A DNA stretch of 64,000 nucleotides from Leptospira sp. GTDB lineage: Bacteria > Spirochaetota > Leptospiria > Leptospirales > Leptospiraceae. A program made the position numbers and the translations under genes. Location: assembly GCA_034439575.1 (NCBI GenBank), contig JAWXAQ010000012.1:1-64000 (forward strand), written 5' to 3'. The notes beneath the pieces are model-generated. The model was given only the letters and a program-made list of their open reading frames with translations. It searched no databases and was not told the DNA's origin. Shown in pieces: positions 1-9,636 of this stretch (positions within the stretch are counted from its first letter, which is position 1; each line of letters begins with the position of its first letter).

Positions 1-75
1 CCAACAATCAACAAGTACGATACCACTTGCAGTTTCTGTTTTAAAGTTGGCGTCATTGATTTCAGTAAGTGCCAT
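1..75 (-). CDS. trxA: Thioredoxin, N-terminal part (runs off window edge)
   Basis: Manual translation of the minus strand from ATG at 75 gives MALTEINDANFKTETASGIVLVDCW, the segment just before the WCGPC motif; AAGGAG RBS upstream. Confidence 0.88.
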   Translation of the reverse strand, partial: MALTEINDANFKTETASGIVLVDCW

Positions 76-148
76 GATTCATTTTCTCCTTTAGGAAACT
101 TTCGATCTATCTACAAACTAGACTGTTTAGGTAGGGGGAAATCGTCGA

Positions 149-958
149 TTATTGTTTCTTTTTTTTCTTTTTATCATCAGACTCAAGATCAGTAATTTTT
201 TGTTGGAAACTTTCAATGAGTGTTTTTGTTTTTTCCAAATCCTCATTTTCGCCCGTAATTTGAAATATTTTACGGTTCATCTCTAACATTTCGACAGAAT
301 GTTTCAAATCTGTGGAATCCTGTGTCGACATTTCAAACTTTGATCTATAGTCTTGTGCCGCGGCGTTCGCAAGTTCAATGATTAAATTGAAATGTTCTTT
401 GCGAGTATAATAGTAAGGATTTTCCAGATCTTGTTCTTTTTCATACGCAATAAAATCAAAAAGGTTTTTTGTACATCCCGCCAATCTAAAATGAATGTCT
501 GGCCAACTCCATTTCCATTTAGAATTTGTTCCGAATGCAACGATCGTTTTTTTGATCGTTTCTCTTAAGCCTTTGATCAAGTTCAATCGTTGTGTGGGCG
601 TGATCCTTTCAATCTTTGCTAAAAGCTCTTTGTTTTCGGAGAGAGAACCATCAATGTTATTGGAAACCGTTTTTTCGATAAAGGAGATCGTATTGTAAAT
701 TTCTTTACGAGCCATCTCAAGGTAGTTGTTATTATTGATTTCTAAAATCGCAGTGGAAAGTTCATTGATCACAAGACAGGTGTTAATTGTTTTAACGGAA
801 TTGATGGCTAGGGCAATGTTGAAATATGGTTCTAGGTCTTTGCTCTTTTTAGCCTGTACTTTGTAGATATTGGCTTCTTTTTTAAGTTCTTCTAAATAGT
901 TCTTAAAATCCGAAAGTTTTTCGTTAAAATCAGCCTTTTTCTCTTTTGTAATCGCCAT
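149..958 (-). CDS. Hypothetical alpha-helical protein, Lys-rich C-terminus
   Basis: 269 aa ORF, co-oriented upstream of trxA, no recognisable motif. Confidence 0.8.
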   Translation of the reverse strand: MAITKEKKADFNEKLSDFKNYLEELKKEANIYKVQAKKSKDLEPYFNIALAINSVKTINTCLVINELSTAILEINNNNYLEMARKEIYNTISFIEKTVSNNIDGSLSENKELLAKIERITPTQRLNLIKGLRETIKKTIVAFGTNSKWKWSWPDIHFRLAGCTKNLFDFIAYEKEQDLENPYYYTRKEHFNLIIELANAAAQDYRSKFEMSTQDSTDLKHSVEMLEMNRKIFQITGENEDLEKTKTLIESFQQKITDLESDDKKKKKKQ

Positions 959-1066
959 GGTTCTTTACTTATTTTCGGTCAAGTTTTCAGCCTAGAAGTC
1001 AAAAAAGGAACTCTATTTGAAAAAAACAAATCGACCCCTTTCTATTCTTACATAGTCTAGAAAAAA

Positions 1067-1279
1067 ATGGAACAATTCCCCCAAATTAAAAGAGATTTTA
1101 TGGATCTTTTCGAGACCTATAAGTACATGAACGAGTCAATTTTTTGGGAAACTATGGAATTGGACGGAAGATGGGATCATGGACAAGGTTGGGTCAGCTT
1201 AAATATTCCAGACAAGGAATGGCGCCTACGATTGGCAGGAAATTTATTCCAAAACTTCCCAGAAAGCCCTTCTTTATAA
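1067..1279 (+). CDS. Small hypothetical protein
   Basis: 70 aa ORF filling the gap, 28 nt before the Lgt-like gene. Confidence 0.45.
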   Translation: MEQFPQIKRDFMDLFETYKYMNESIFWETMELDGRWDHGQGWVSLNIPDKEWRLRLAGNLFQNFPESPSL

Positions 1280-1307
1280 AATAATTTCAAACAAAGCGAT
1301 ACAAAAT

Positions 1308-2324
1308 ATGTACCCAGTCAATATTGATTTTTGGATTTTTCACTTCCGAGGTTATGAAGGCCATTGGGCTGTCGGCATTTTGATTTTAGGATTTTTTTAT
1401 CAAAAAGCTCGGTCACTGAAAGCTGGCTATAAAATCGAATGGTATGAAAGGGCTTGGGCTTATGCCATATTATCCGGGATGGTTTTTTCTCGGGTATTTC
1501 ATTTCCTTTTTTGGGATACAAAACGTTTTTTTGAAGATCCAAGTATCATCATCACATCCACAGGCGGCTTTGCCATATTAGGTGCTACCATCGGGACTGC
1601 TTTTGGAGCATGGGTTTATTGCCAAGTTACGCGCGTTAACTTTTTGCACTGGTGTGATTCGCTTATGGTTCCGCTCACATTAGGTTTATGCCTGAGTAGA
1701 TTTTCATGTTTTTTGAATGGGGATGCCTATGGTCTTCCTACAAGTTCTATTTTTGGAGTTGTCTTTTCAGAAAATAGTGATGCTTGGATGGCAGAGTGGA
1801 ATAGTATGCACCAAATGTACGCGAATCACAAAGATCCGCTTTCTATTATCTCTCAAATCTTTGCACCATATGTAAATCTATCTGATATCCCAATACCGAG
1901 TTCTCTTGCTCATTTAAAAGAATTAGGATATCAAAATTTAGCCCAACTAACAACACTTTATCCACCGACCGCTACTGGTGATTACCAATCAAAATTAGTC
2001 ACACTTGGGCTTTTTCCATTTCCTGTCGTATATCCAAAAGTCCATCCAGCACAATTGTACGAAGTATTTTTCTTAAGCTTGGTACTCAGTGCAATGTATA
2101 AAATTGAAACCTATTCCTTTTCCAAAGAGAGAATGTTTTTTGTGTTTTGGGTTTTTTATGGACTGAACCGATTCATCATCGAATTCTTTCGGGGAGATAG
2201 AAACCTTGCCATTGGGGATTTAACGTATGCACAAGTCATTTCCTTATTGCTGGTATTCTTTGCGGTGATAGGCTTTGTCGTTAAATCAAAGTTAATGGAT
2301 AAACAATTAAAATCGAATCAATAG
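1308..2324 (+). CDS. Prolipoprotein diacylglyceryl transferase (Lgt) family protein, probably a paralog
   Basis: Multi-TM; motifs SRFSCFLNGDAYG, HPAQLYE, RFIIEFFR; long insert between the G-x-P-T and HP motifs. Confidence 0.85.
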   Translation: MYPVNIDFWIFHFRGYEGHWAVGILILGFFYQKARSLKAGYKIEWYERAWAYAILSGMVFSRVFHFLFWDTKRFFEDPSIIITSTGGFAILGATIGTAFGAWVYCQVTRVNFLHWCDSLMVPLTLGLCLSRFSCFLNGDAYGLPTSSIFGVVFSENSDAWMAEWNSMHQMYANHKDPLSIISQIFAPYVNLSDIPIPSSLAHLKELGYQNLAQLTTLYPPTATGDYQSKLVTLGLFPFPVVYPKVHPAQLYEVFFLSLVLSAMYKIETYSFSKERMFFVFWVFYGLNRFIIEFFRGDRNLAIGDLTYAQVISLLLVFFAVIGFVVKSKLMDKQLKSNQ

Positions 2325-3091
2325 AGAAAGGGAAAGATTCTCTTTCTCTCGAGTGGAAATCCTGGAACTTTTGTTATGTACCATTCTTTTGTTTTTTTAC
2401 TTCTTCCTGTTAGGTAAGCTGCCATAATTATAAAAACAAAATATACATCTATATATGTGGACACAAAGGCAAAAGAAAGCCAGGCTAGAAGTTCAAAAAA
2501 ATAATGTGGGCAAACTAAGATTTTAAAAAGACCATCGCTCGGAATTTTATAGGATTTGTCTTCACTAGAAGTTCTCAATTTTCGAAGTAATATATGATGA
2601 TATAGATTTCCAACTTCTCCTACCATAAATAATACAAATCCAAAAATCATCCAAATCATGGGAATTTGATTTGTTATTTCAGTCGTAGCTCTATTGTGCA
2701 AAGAACCTGATAAAAATCCAATATTTGAATATGCGAATGTAATAAATACCACTGCTACAGTTCCAATTTTTCCAGAAAATTGATGTAGAAAAAGAACTTC
2801 CAAACATCTTTTCCCAAAATGAAAAACAAACATAGCGAGTAATAGGTAATGGTAAAACGAAGCTTTCTCTGAAAGCTCTCCCCAGGTCGATAGGTATGCG
2901 AGAATGGGGAGAAAATAAATGATAAACATCCCGATACGCGGATTTATACCAGAAGCTTTTGCAAACTTGCTGTATGGCAAATTGAAAGAACCACTTGATT
3001 CAAGTTTGAAAGCAACTATCGCCAAAAAAATATAAAAAGCATAGGTGTATAAAACAACATCTGTTAAATGAGGGAAATGAATTAAATTCAT
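2318..3091 (-). CDS. 3-oxo-5-alpha-steroid 4-dehydrogenase / trans-enoyl reductase-like membrane protein
   Basis: HFGKRCLEVLFLHQFS, GNLYHHILLRKLR, YKIPSDGLF, CPHYFFELLAW match the Steroid_dh/Tsc13 family. Confidence 0.85.
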   Translation of the reverse strand: MNLIHFPHLTDVVLYTYAFYIFLAIVAFKLESSGSFNLPYSKFAKASGINPRIGMFIIYFLPILAYLSTWGELSEKASFYHYLLLAMFVFHFGKRCLEVLFLHQFSGKIGTVAVVFITFAYSNIGFLSGSLHNRATTEITNQIPMIWMIFGFVLFMVGEVGNLYHHILLRKLRTSSEDKSYKIPSDGLFKILVCPHYFFELLAWLSFAFVSTYIDVYFVFIIMAAYLTGRSKKTKEWYITKVPGFPLERKRIFPFLY

Positions 3092-3092
3092 C

Positions 3093-4910
3093 TTATGCCT
3101 TTACGCTTGTAAAAAGAGATAACAAATCAACAGGCCAATCCGGGGTACCAGATCTTAGTATTTCGATTTTTCCTTTTGTTTGTTTTTCTTTATCCAAAAT
3201 AATATTGGTAACCATTTTGGCTGTTACATTCGTTTTTTCCATAAAAACAGAATGGTGGGGAACGAACACCCAATCACCTATAAAATATAGATTGGAGATA
3301 GGAGACTGGATTTCTGGGCGATTGGCTTCATCACCAGGACGAAAACCAGTGTATGTATCCCAACGGTTGATATAGAATTCAGAATATTCTGGCAATGTAG
3401 GAACAACTAACTTCAGTTCTTCGTGAACTTTTTTTGCAATGTCTGAATTGGTCATCCCTACAAATTGGGACCACTTAGCTACTTGTACTTCGATAAGATC
3501 GATACGCTTTTCTTTGAGTTCTGGAATTTGACGTGCCGACCAATTTGATGTGAATCCCAAAATCTTAAATCCAGTAGGGAAAAAATCATGAGCATTCCAA
3601 AAAGACTCCTCTGGGAATCTTTTTTCCCATGCGTCTGTATTTTCATACATAAGATTGACACAAAGAATTGTAGCAGTTGAAAGTTTTTTCGCCTTATCGA
3701 AGTAAGTATGATTCTGCAAAGAATTATTTGTAATGAGTTTTTTAGCACCTGGTAAATCCATTGCTGTGATCACATGGTCTGCTGTATAAGTTCTAATTTT
3801 GGAATTTTGTGGAGTCAAAAGTTCTAACATAGATTCATGTGCCCCGCAAAACGGACAATCACCGCTATGCCCAACACCAACAACATTTCCACAGACTCGG
3901 CAACGTTTCACTTTGCCTGAAGGATACATGGAATTGACTTCTACACTTGTAACTCGATTGTTTTCAATTTTGATTTTAGAGACTTCCGAATCAAAATGAA
4001 CCTCGCCACCCTTTTCTCTAATATAAGAAACCATAGGATAGAGGAAAGTTTCGTCTGGTGGCCATTTGTAATAGTCAACTCTGGAATCAGACGGTAAACA
4101 TCCTAGTTTCAAAAAATTTGCAATGGCGAGCGCCGAACACTCCTTAGTTGACATGAAGAAGCCCATCTCAGCGAGCCCTTCAAAATAATGTTTGATGTAT
4201 TGTTCGTTGACTCCGAGTTTGACTGCCCAATCATAAAAAGATATACTATCTAAATAATTTCTTTGTTCAGCATCCAGATAGTCAAATCCCCAAAGTTTGG
4301 AAGCAGCTTTTAGGGCATTTAGCTGGTTAGGTGCAGGGACGTTTACATCCTCCGCTGAGGGAACATAGATTCCACTTTTTAACATTTGCAAACGATCAAA
4401 TGGAATAGGCCAAGTTGGGGTTGTGATTTTACTTTGGGTTTTTTGAGAAGAGACAAAATAATAAAAACTATCATGGTCTTTCATCTTATTGATTGGAAAA
4501 TTATGCCGACCAATAAACTCGCGTAAGTTTTTATAAAATCCCCAAATCCCGTGTAATCCATGTTCTCTGGAATATGGTTTGTTATTAAAAATCTTCCGAG
4601 CGAAATGTGAATCTTTCCAGGCTTTGAGTTTTCCGCCAGGAAAGGATGTTTTTTCGAGCATGATAACTTTGAATCCTCGATCCACAAGTTCGCAACCTGC
4701 CTGTAAACCAGCAAGGCCGCCGCCAAGGATAAGGACTGATTTACCATTTTTGGGCAGATCTACTTTGTTATCCGGTACAAGCGGAAATTCCATCTTATAA
4801 CGTCCGTTTGCAAAAAACGAATATCCAATACCAGAAAGCATTGAAGCCCCGAGGCCAGCTCCAGTATATTTTAATATACGTTTGATAAATTCTTTACGGT
4901 TTAAATCCAT
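3093..4910 (-). CDS. FAD-dependent oxidoreductase (carotenoid desaturase/CrtU-like amine-oxidase fold) with rubredoxin-like insert
   Basis: GGGLAG Rossmann motif, GGK, EHGLHGIWGFYKNL, C-terminal NLYFIGDWV...ME; CRVC-x12-CPFC insert; Tat-like N-terminus NRKEFIK plus TM. Confidence 0.85.
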   Translation of the reverse strand: MDLNRKEFIKRILKYTGAGLGASMLSGIGYSFFANGRYKMEFPLVPDNKVDLPKNGKSVLILGGGLAGLQAGCELVDRGFKVIMLEKTSFPGGKLKAWKDSHFARKIFNNKPYSREHGLHGIWGFYKNLREFIGRHNFPINKMKDHDSFYYFVSSQKTQSKITTPTWPIPFDRLQMLKSGIYVPSAEDVNVPAPNQLNALKAASKLWGFDYLDAEQRNYLDSISFYDWAVKLGVNEQYIKHYFEGLAEMGFFMSTKECSALAIANFLKLGCLPSDSRVDYYKWPPDETFLYPMVSYIREKGGEVHFDSEVSKIKIENNRVTSVEVNSMYPSGKVKRCRVCGNVVGVGHSGDCPFCGAHESMLELLTPQNSKIRTYTADHVITAMDLPGAKKLITNNSLQNHTYFDKAKKLSTATILCVNLMYENTDAWEKRFPEESFWNAHDFFPTGFKILGFTSNWSARQIPELKEKRIDLIEVQVAKWSQFVGMTNSDIAKKVHEELKLVVPTLPEYSEFYINRWDTYTGFRPGDEANRPEIQSPISNLYFIGDWVFVPHHSVFMEKTNVTAKMVTNIILDKEKQTKGKIEILRSGTPDWPVDLLSLFTSVKA

Positions 4911-4917
4911 ATGATTA

Positions 4918-6027
4918 CTACTTTTTGAATTGATTTTCGACGATAAAAACGAAAAAGGCCATCATTCTTTGGTGATAGATTGGCCACTGAAAATAATGAT
5001 CATTTCTCCATGAAGGATAAGTGATCGCACCTTCTACATAACTATCTGCGAGTAAGGTCATGCCATCATTTGGACCACTAGGTATCATGGATTCATAGAA
5101 TGGAAAGGCACGTTTCGTTACTTGGCGGTATTGGGGGACGGCAATCACATTGATTAACATTAAATTTTTTGGAAGTTCTAATTCAAAGTCCAAAGGTGCC
5201 CCTTTTTCTGCACTCATGGAAAGAAATCCATCGTAATCATATCCCTTCCAAAAAAAGTAAGAACGAGCTTCATAACGATAACGCCAATTTGATTCAATAG
5301 TTTTTACTAGAGGAGTGCCTTTATTTAATCCACCAATATTGTACCAACCTTTCACCTTTTCGAAGTAAGGTTCTTTACCGCAAATCTGTATGGCCTTTTT
5401 TAAATCCCCGCTACCTTTGGAAACCGAAGCAAATATGATGCCATTAACATCTGTTTTGTTTTTGACATATTCGCAAATGAATTTGGCATTTTCATCTATG
5501 GTTCCAGTTTGATCCACTTGTAAAAGTTCTTCTTTGAGACCAAGTTCGAGGGCAATGTCCCTTAAAACTTTGCCATCAGCACCCACTGCAGGATTGTCTT
5601 TATAAAACATTCCGGGTACCATTGCCAAAATGATGTTTTTATTAGTGTAATTAGGAAGTTTTTTTTTCAGTTCTACTTCTTTGCGTTTTAAAAACTGTAT
5701 AAACTGATTATTTTTTTTTTCTATGATAGAGCGGTGGTAAAATAAGGCTGAGGTCTTATCTATATCCAGTGTTTTTTTTGTTAAATCTGCCAAAACATCT
5801 TTCGTGAGACTCTTTAAGGTAGGATATTCTTTTTGGCTGGCTGCCCAATCTAAATATGCTTTTTCGTCTTCGCAAAGATTGTCTATTTCATATGCTTTAA
5901 TATCACAACGAACCATTTTTGTTTCTTGGTTTGCGATTTCAAGTTTGCGATCAGCATGGCACGCAACTAACATAGATATTGTTAGAAGCGTGCAAAAAAT
6001 ACGCAAACTTTCGAAAGGGAATTTCAT
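4918..6027 (-). CDS. Alpha/beta-hydrolase (lipase-like) lipoprotein
   Basis: Lipobox LVAC; VPGMFY oxyanion-type motif, SVSKG nucleophile elbow, PNDG and late DH. Confidence 0.7.
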   Translation of the reverse strand: MKFPFESLRIFCTLLTISMLVACHADRKLEIANQETKMVRCDIKAYEIDNLCEDEKAYLDWAASQKEYPTLKSLTKDVLADLTKKTLDIDKTSALFYHRSIIEKKNNQFIQFLKRKEVELKKKLPNYTNKNIILAMVPGMFYKDNPAVGADGKVLRDIALELGLKEELLQVDQTGTIDENAKFICEYVKNKTDVNGIIFASVSKGSGDLKKAIQICGKEPYFEKVKGWYNIGGLNKGTPLVKTIESNWRYRYEARSYFFWKGYDYDGFLSMSAEKGAPLDFELELPKNLMLINVIAVPQYRQVTKRAFPFYESMIPSGPNDGMTLLADSYVEGAITYPSWRNDHYFQWPIYHQRMMAFFVFIVENQFKK

Positions 6028-7247
6028 TTGTTAGGTTTTATAACCGCAATCAGATCGTTTTTCTTTTTATAAATCAACAAGCCAAAAAATGCGAATGATA
6101 AAAAGAGAATGATATCAACAGACTGTGGATAAATAGTCACTCGAAGGAGCAAAGCGACAAGTATCATCAATACTCGAATTCCCACAAAAATCCAATATTT
6201 CATTTTGTTTTCATAAGAATAATAAGGTTTTAATAAGAAAAAATCGATCGGGCTATATACCAGCCAAGCGATTGTTTCATCCATAAAGCTGAAACTTGTA
6301 AAAAAATAAACTAAGGTAGCTATGGTTCCGCCAATTCCAGAAACAAGCGCATATGTTACTTCTGAGTATCTTTCAAAAAGTTTAAGTAAAGGGAAGGGGA
6401 GTGAAAAAATAATGATGATTGCAAATATAATTCGCCATAGGGCACCACTTTTTCCTGATTTATCTCCCCACCTGTCTTTTAATAAAACAATTGGTTCAGC
6501 AGATAAGCCTGAATCAGTTACCGCTTGGCGTAAATCCTCTGGCAGATAAATAAGATCATGTGAATTTCGCACAAGGTCAGTATCTTTGTCGAATAACAAG
6601 GTTTCGTTGACGTTTAACCAAACTATAGTTGTCGAATAAGGAAGAACACGTTTGCGCCAAGTGTTTTTATCCGCGTCCATAGTCAGGAGTTCTAAGGGTT
6701 TACCATTTATTTTTGAAATAATTTCCCTTAAAAAAGTAACACAATTGTTTGTGAAATTATCATAATAATAACCGTTTTTATTGGCTTCATAGACATTTAA
6801 AATCTCAGACAACATAGCATGTTTTTGCGCATCAGTAAGGTTTAATTCTGAAACTCGAATGCCACGACCTGACTCATCCCAGGTTTGGTATGCTGAACTT
6901 GTGGGTATGATATTTACGAAAAAACTGGCTTCGCCTTTCATAAAGCGCCATAAAAATCCAGGTGAAGGATCATAAACACCGAAATCTAAATAATAATCGT
7001 TGTCCCCGTATTCTTTACCTTCAAAAATTCGAAGTGCAGAGTGTCCGAAGGCAGTGGTAACACTGATGCCTGGAGAGACTGTCCATAATTGAATTTTTAG
7101 GTTTTTTAAATTCTTTTTCTCTTGGCTTCTTAACAGTTCCAAGAAGGAGTCCTGTGCCTTGGATTTCCAAGTTTCAGAAGTTTGAGAGTGAATCGGGTTT
7201 AGAAGGAGAAGGAATGTGAAGAGAGAGAGTGTGAATTTTTTGAGCAT
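6024..7247 (-). CDS. DUF4105 / Lnb-like protein (candidate lipoprotein N-acyltransferase)
   Basis: FGHSALR and YYYDNFTNNCVT (His/Cys dyad) followed by about 5 C-terminal TM helices. Confidence 0.8.
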   Translation of the reverse strand: MLKKFTLSLFTFLLLLNPIHSQTSETWKSKAQDSFLELLRSQEKKNLKNLKIQLWTVSPGISVTTAFGHSALRIFEGKEYGDNDYYLDFGVYDPSPGFLWRFMKGEASFFVNIIPTSSAYQTWDESGRGIRVSELNLTDAQKHAMLSEILNVYEANKNGYYYDNFTNNCVTFLREIISKINGKPLELLTMDADKNTWRKRVLPYSTTIVWLNVNETLLFDKDTDLVRNSHDLIYLPEDLRQAVTDSGLSAEPIVLLKDRWGDKSGKSGALWRIIFAIIIIFSLPFPLLKLFERYSEVTYALVSGIGGTIATLVYFFTSFSFMDETIAWLVYSPIDFFLLKPYYSYENKMKYWIFVGIRVLMILVALLLRVTIYPQSVDIILFLSFAFFGLLIYKKKNDLIAVIKPNK

Positions 7248-7252
7248 GTATT

Positions 7253-7288
7253 AAAAAACAAACATGGTTCCCTTGCGAGAACCATGTT
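7253..7288 (-). terminator. Rho-independent terminator after the TRL gene
   Basis: 10-bp stem AACATGGTTC/GAACCATGTT, 8-nt loop, TGTTTTTT tail on the minus strand. Confidence 0.75.
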
Positions 7289-7297
7289 CTGACTAAA

Positions 7298-7633
7298 TTA
7301 GTCTCCTCTTGCGATTGTACAAGTAGTAGAAATTACAGAACCAAGTAGGCTATTGTTTTTATAGTCTACGTAGTTGATTTTTGTAATTCCACCAGCTGCA
7401 GCAGCTGCCTTAAGAGATGCATCTCCAGAAGAGATGATTCCAAGGTAACCAGTTGCACAAGCTTCGCCTGATTTAGCACCAACTGCAGTAGCAGGTGTGA
7501 AGTCAGCTTGAGCGCTAAGAGCAAGGCTAGTGTCTTGCATAATAGAGCCAGACGGAGCAGAGTATCCACCACCAGAACAAGCGATAGCTAGAGCTACTGC
7601 GAAAACTGATGTTAAAGCGATATATTTTTTCAT
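7298..7633 (-). CDS. TRL-like family lipoprotein
   Basis: Lipobox AIAC; KSGEACA..YLG....GDAS...AA..GGITKI..VD is the TRL pattern; AGGAG RBS. Confidence 0.85.
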   Translation of the reverse strand: MKKYIALTSVFAVALAIACSGGGYSAPSGSIMQDTSLALSAQADFTPATAVGAKSGEACATGYLGIISSGDASLKAAAAAGGITKINYVDYKNNSLLGSVISTTCTIARGD

Positions 7634-7762
7634 TCAAATTCTCCTATGAATTATGAACCAGATACTAGCATTGTGAATTCCCTTGACAATTAAAAAATTA
7701 AACGAAAGAAAAAAAAATCGTGTACGCTTGTTTTGCACAAAAAAATAATAAATCCAAAGAAA

Positions 7763-8545
7763 ATGAAAAAATATTTCCGAGTTTTTGTTATAACGATTTT
7801 AATAAATGGCCTTTTTTGTATCCCAAATGTAAAAAAAGAACACCTTCCTTATATAAGTGAAAGTGGTGCGGTGCAAAACGAACTAGTAAAAGTTAAATCT
7901 TTTTTGTTCGGTTATTCGAAGTTAGATGGTAAGTTCACTCAATCTTTGTGGGAATATGCAAATAAAAAATGTAATTTCAAAGAGTCGACAAAGATCAATA
8001 TTTATCTTTCTCCATTCTATGAGTTAAAAAATGAAAATCAATATTGTTATTGGAACTTTCGAAAAGAATTAATCACATATTCCATCAAAGATCCTGAAGA
8101 TATTCAAAATTTAAAATTCCTTTTGGCACATTTTTATAAAGATAAACCTACAGGTCTAATCCTTCAAACTACCACAAGTGATTGGAAAGTAGAAAGAAAT
8201 CACGAATGGAATCTTTCTAAAAACAATTGGCGATCCCTTCTCGTGAAATTAGAATTTGAACATATAAAAACAGGGCGAATCATTACCTATCATGTACACC
8301 GTGAAACAAATGAGATTTTAAAAAAGGAAGAATTTTTATCCCCAAAAGGGGAAAGGCAATTGGATGGATGGCAGTTCAAACCATCCTTTTTGAAAAATCC
8401 TGAAGTCTGTCATTATTATGAAAATGGCAAATTCATAGAGGATAAAAAAGATTGTCTACTTATGGAGAATGCTCCCTTGGAAGTAGAGTTATCTCAATTG
8501 CCTACTTTGCCTGCATATGAACGTTCTTGGATTTGGTTTTGGTAA
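7763..8545 (+). CDS. Hypothetical lipoprotein
   Basis: ATG 7763 gives the signal MKKYFRVFVITILINGLFC; 3' end overlaps the convergent desaturase by 52 nt. Confidence 0.7.
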   Translation: MKKYFRVFVITILINGLFCIPNVKKEHLPYISESGAVQNELVKVKSFLFGYSKLDGKFTQSLWEYANKKCNFKESTKINIYLSPFYELKNENQYCYWNFRKELITYSIKDPEDIQNLKFLLAHFYKDKPTGLILQTTTSDWKVERNHEWNLSKNNWRSLLVKLEFEHIKTGRIITYHVHRETNEILKKEEFLSPKGERQLDGWQFKPSFLKNPEVCHYYENGKFIEDKKDCLLMENAPLEVELSQLPTLPAYERSWIWFW

Positions 8546-9531
8546 AAAACCTTACCACCTTCATCTGGTACAAATATGCATTCTTTCATACTGCGGAAAA
8601 AAACTTGTAAGATTGATTCTTTTGATTCGCGGTAATCTTCTCCAAGAAAACTTTTTAATCCTTGTTTGGCGAGTTTGAGTTTATAGTGAGGGATTGTCGG
8701 AAATAGATGATGAATCACATGTGTGCCAATATTGTGATGAATGGATTCAAAGATTCCGTACGATCTGTCCACAGTGGAAAGAGCACCTTGGATATAATTC
8801 CAATCATCACCACGATACCAAGGCACATTCTTTTCGGTGTGATGTAAAAAAGTAACAAGAGACAACCATACTATGAACACTATGTACGGAACAAAGTAAT
8901 AACTAAGAAAAAAAACAAATCCGTAATTATAAGTAATCAAGCCAAGAAAAGCGATCATACCTAACATCCAGATATCACTAATGATCACATTCTTTCTTTC
9001 ACCAACAGGAAACAAGGGACTCTTGGGATGGAAATGAGAACCATCACGACCAGAAGAACGCACAAAAAGATAAATCGGGAACACAAAGAGTGGAAACTTA
9101 AATCTTACAATTTTTTCTAGAAGGCCATATGATTTGTATTGGGTTTCTGTGAGTGGATGCCAGCTTTCGTCTTTGTCAATATCGCCTGTATGATTGTGAT
9201 GCGTTCTATGACTGACTTTCCATCCATGAAAAGGTACAAGCAGTGGGGTATGAGATAGATGTCCTATCAAAAAATTGAGCCAAGTTTTGTGAGAGAAAGA
9301 ACCATGTCCGCAATCATGACCCACAACAAATAATGCCCACATCATCGTACCACTGGCGAACCAAAAGAATGGCATGATCCAAATCGAATCTACAGAGAGT
9401 GTAAACCAGTAGAGTAGGCCAAGGATAGTGGTGTCTAAAAAGAAGTAAAAAAGGCTTCGGGGAATAGAAGGAATAAAGGCACTTTCGGGAATAGATCGTT
9501 TTAATTCAGCAATCGTATAAGGAGTTTTCAT
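8494..9531 (-). CDS. Acyl-lipid fatty acid desaturase, Delta12/omega-3 type
   Basis: Three His boxes HDCGH, HRTHH, HVIHH; TFLHH, SHFHP and IPHY motifs of DesA/DesB/FAD2/FAD3-type enzymes. Confidence 0.92.
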   Translation of the reverse strand: MKTPYTIAELKRSIPESAFIPSIPRSLFYFFLDTTILGLLYWFTLSVDSIWIMPFFWFASGTMMWALFVVGHDCGHGSFSHKTWLNFLIGHLSHTPLLVPFHGWKVSHRTHHNHTGDIDKDESWHPLTETQYKSYGLLEKIVRFKFPLFVFPIYLFVRSSGRDGSHFHPKSPLFPVGERKNVIISDIWMLGMIAFLGLITYNYGFVFFLSYYFVPYIVFIVWLSLVTFLHHTEKNVPWYRGDDWNYIQGALSTVDRSYGIFESIHHNIGTHVIHHLFPTIPHYKLKLAKQGLKSFLGEDYRESKESILQVFFRSMKECIFVPDEGGKVFYQNQIQERSYAGKVGN

Positions 9532-9579
9532 GCGAGGTCGTTTCAGACAAACTTAACTGGTTAAGTACAGCCTTAAAGC

Positions 9580-9613
9580 AAAAAAAAAGCAAACCACAAG
9601 GGTCTGCTTTTTT
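9580..9613 (-). terminator. Rho-independent terminator
   Basis: Minus strand AGCAGACC-CTTGT-GGTTTGC followed by a T-run, downstream of 9637..10500. Confidence 0.75.
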
Positions 9614-9636
9614 CTATCATCGGTTCGGAAAAAAAA

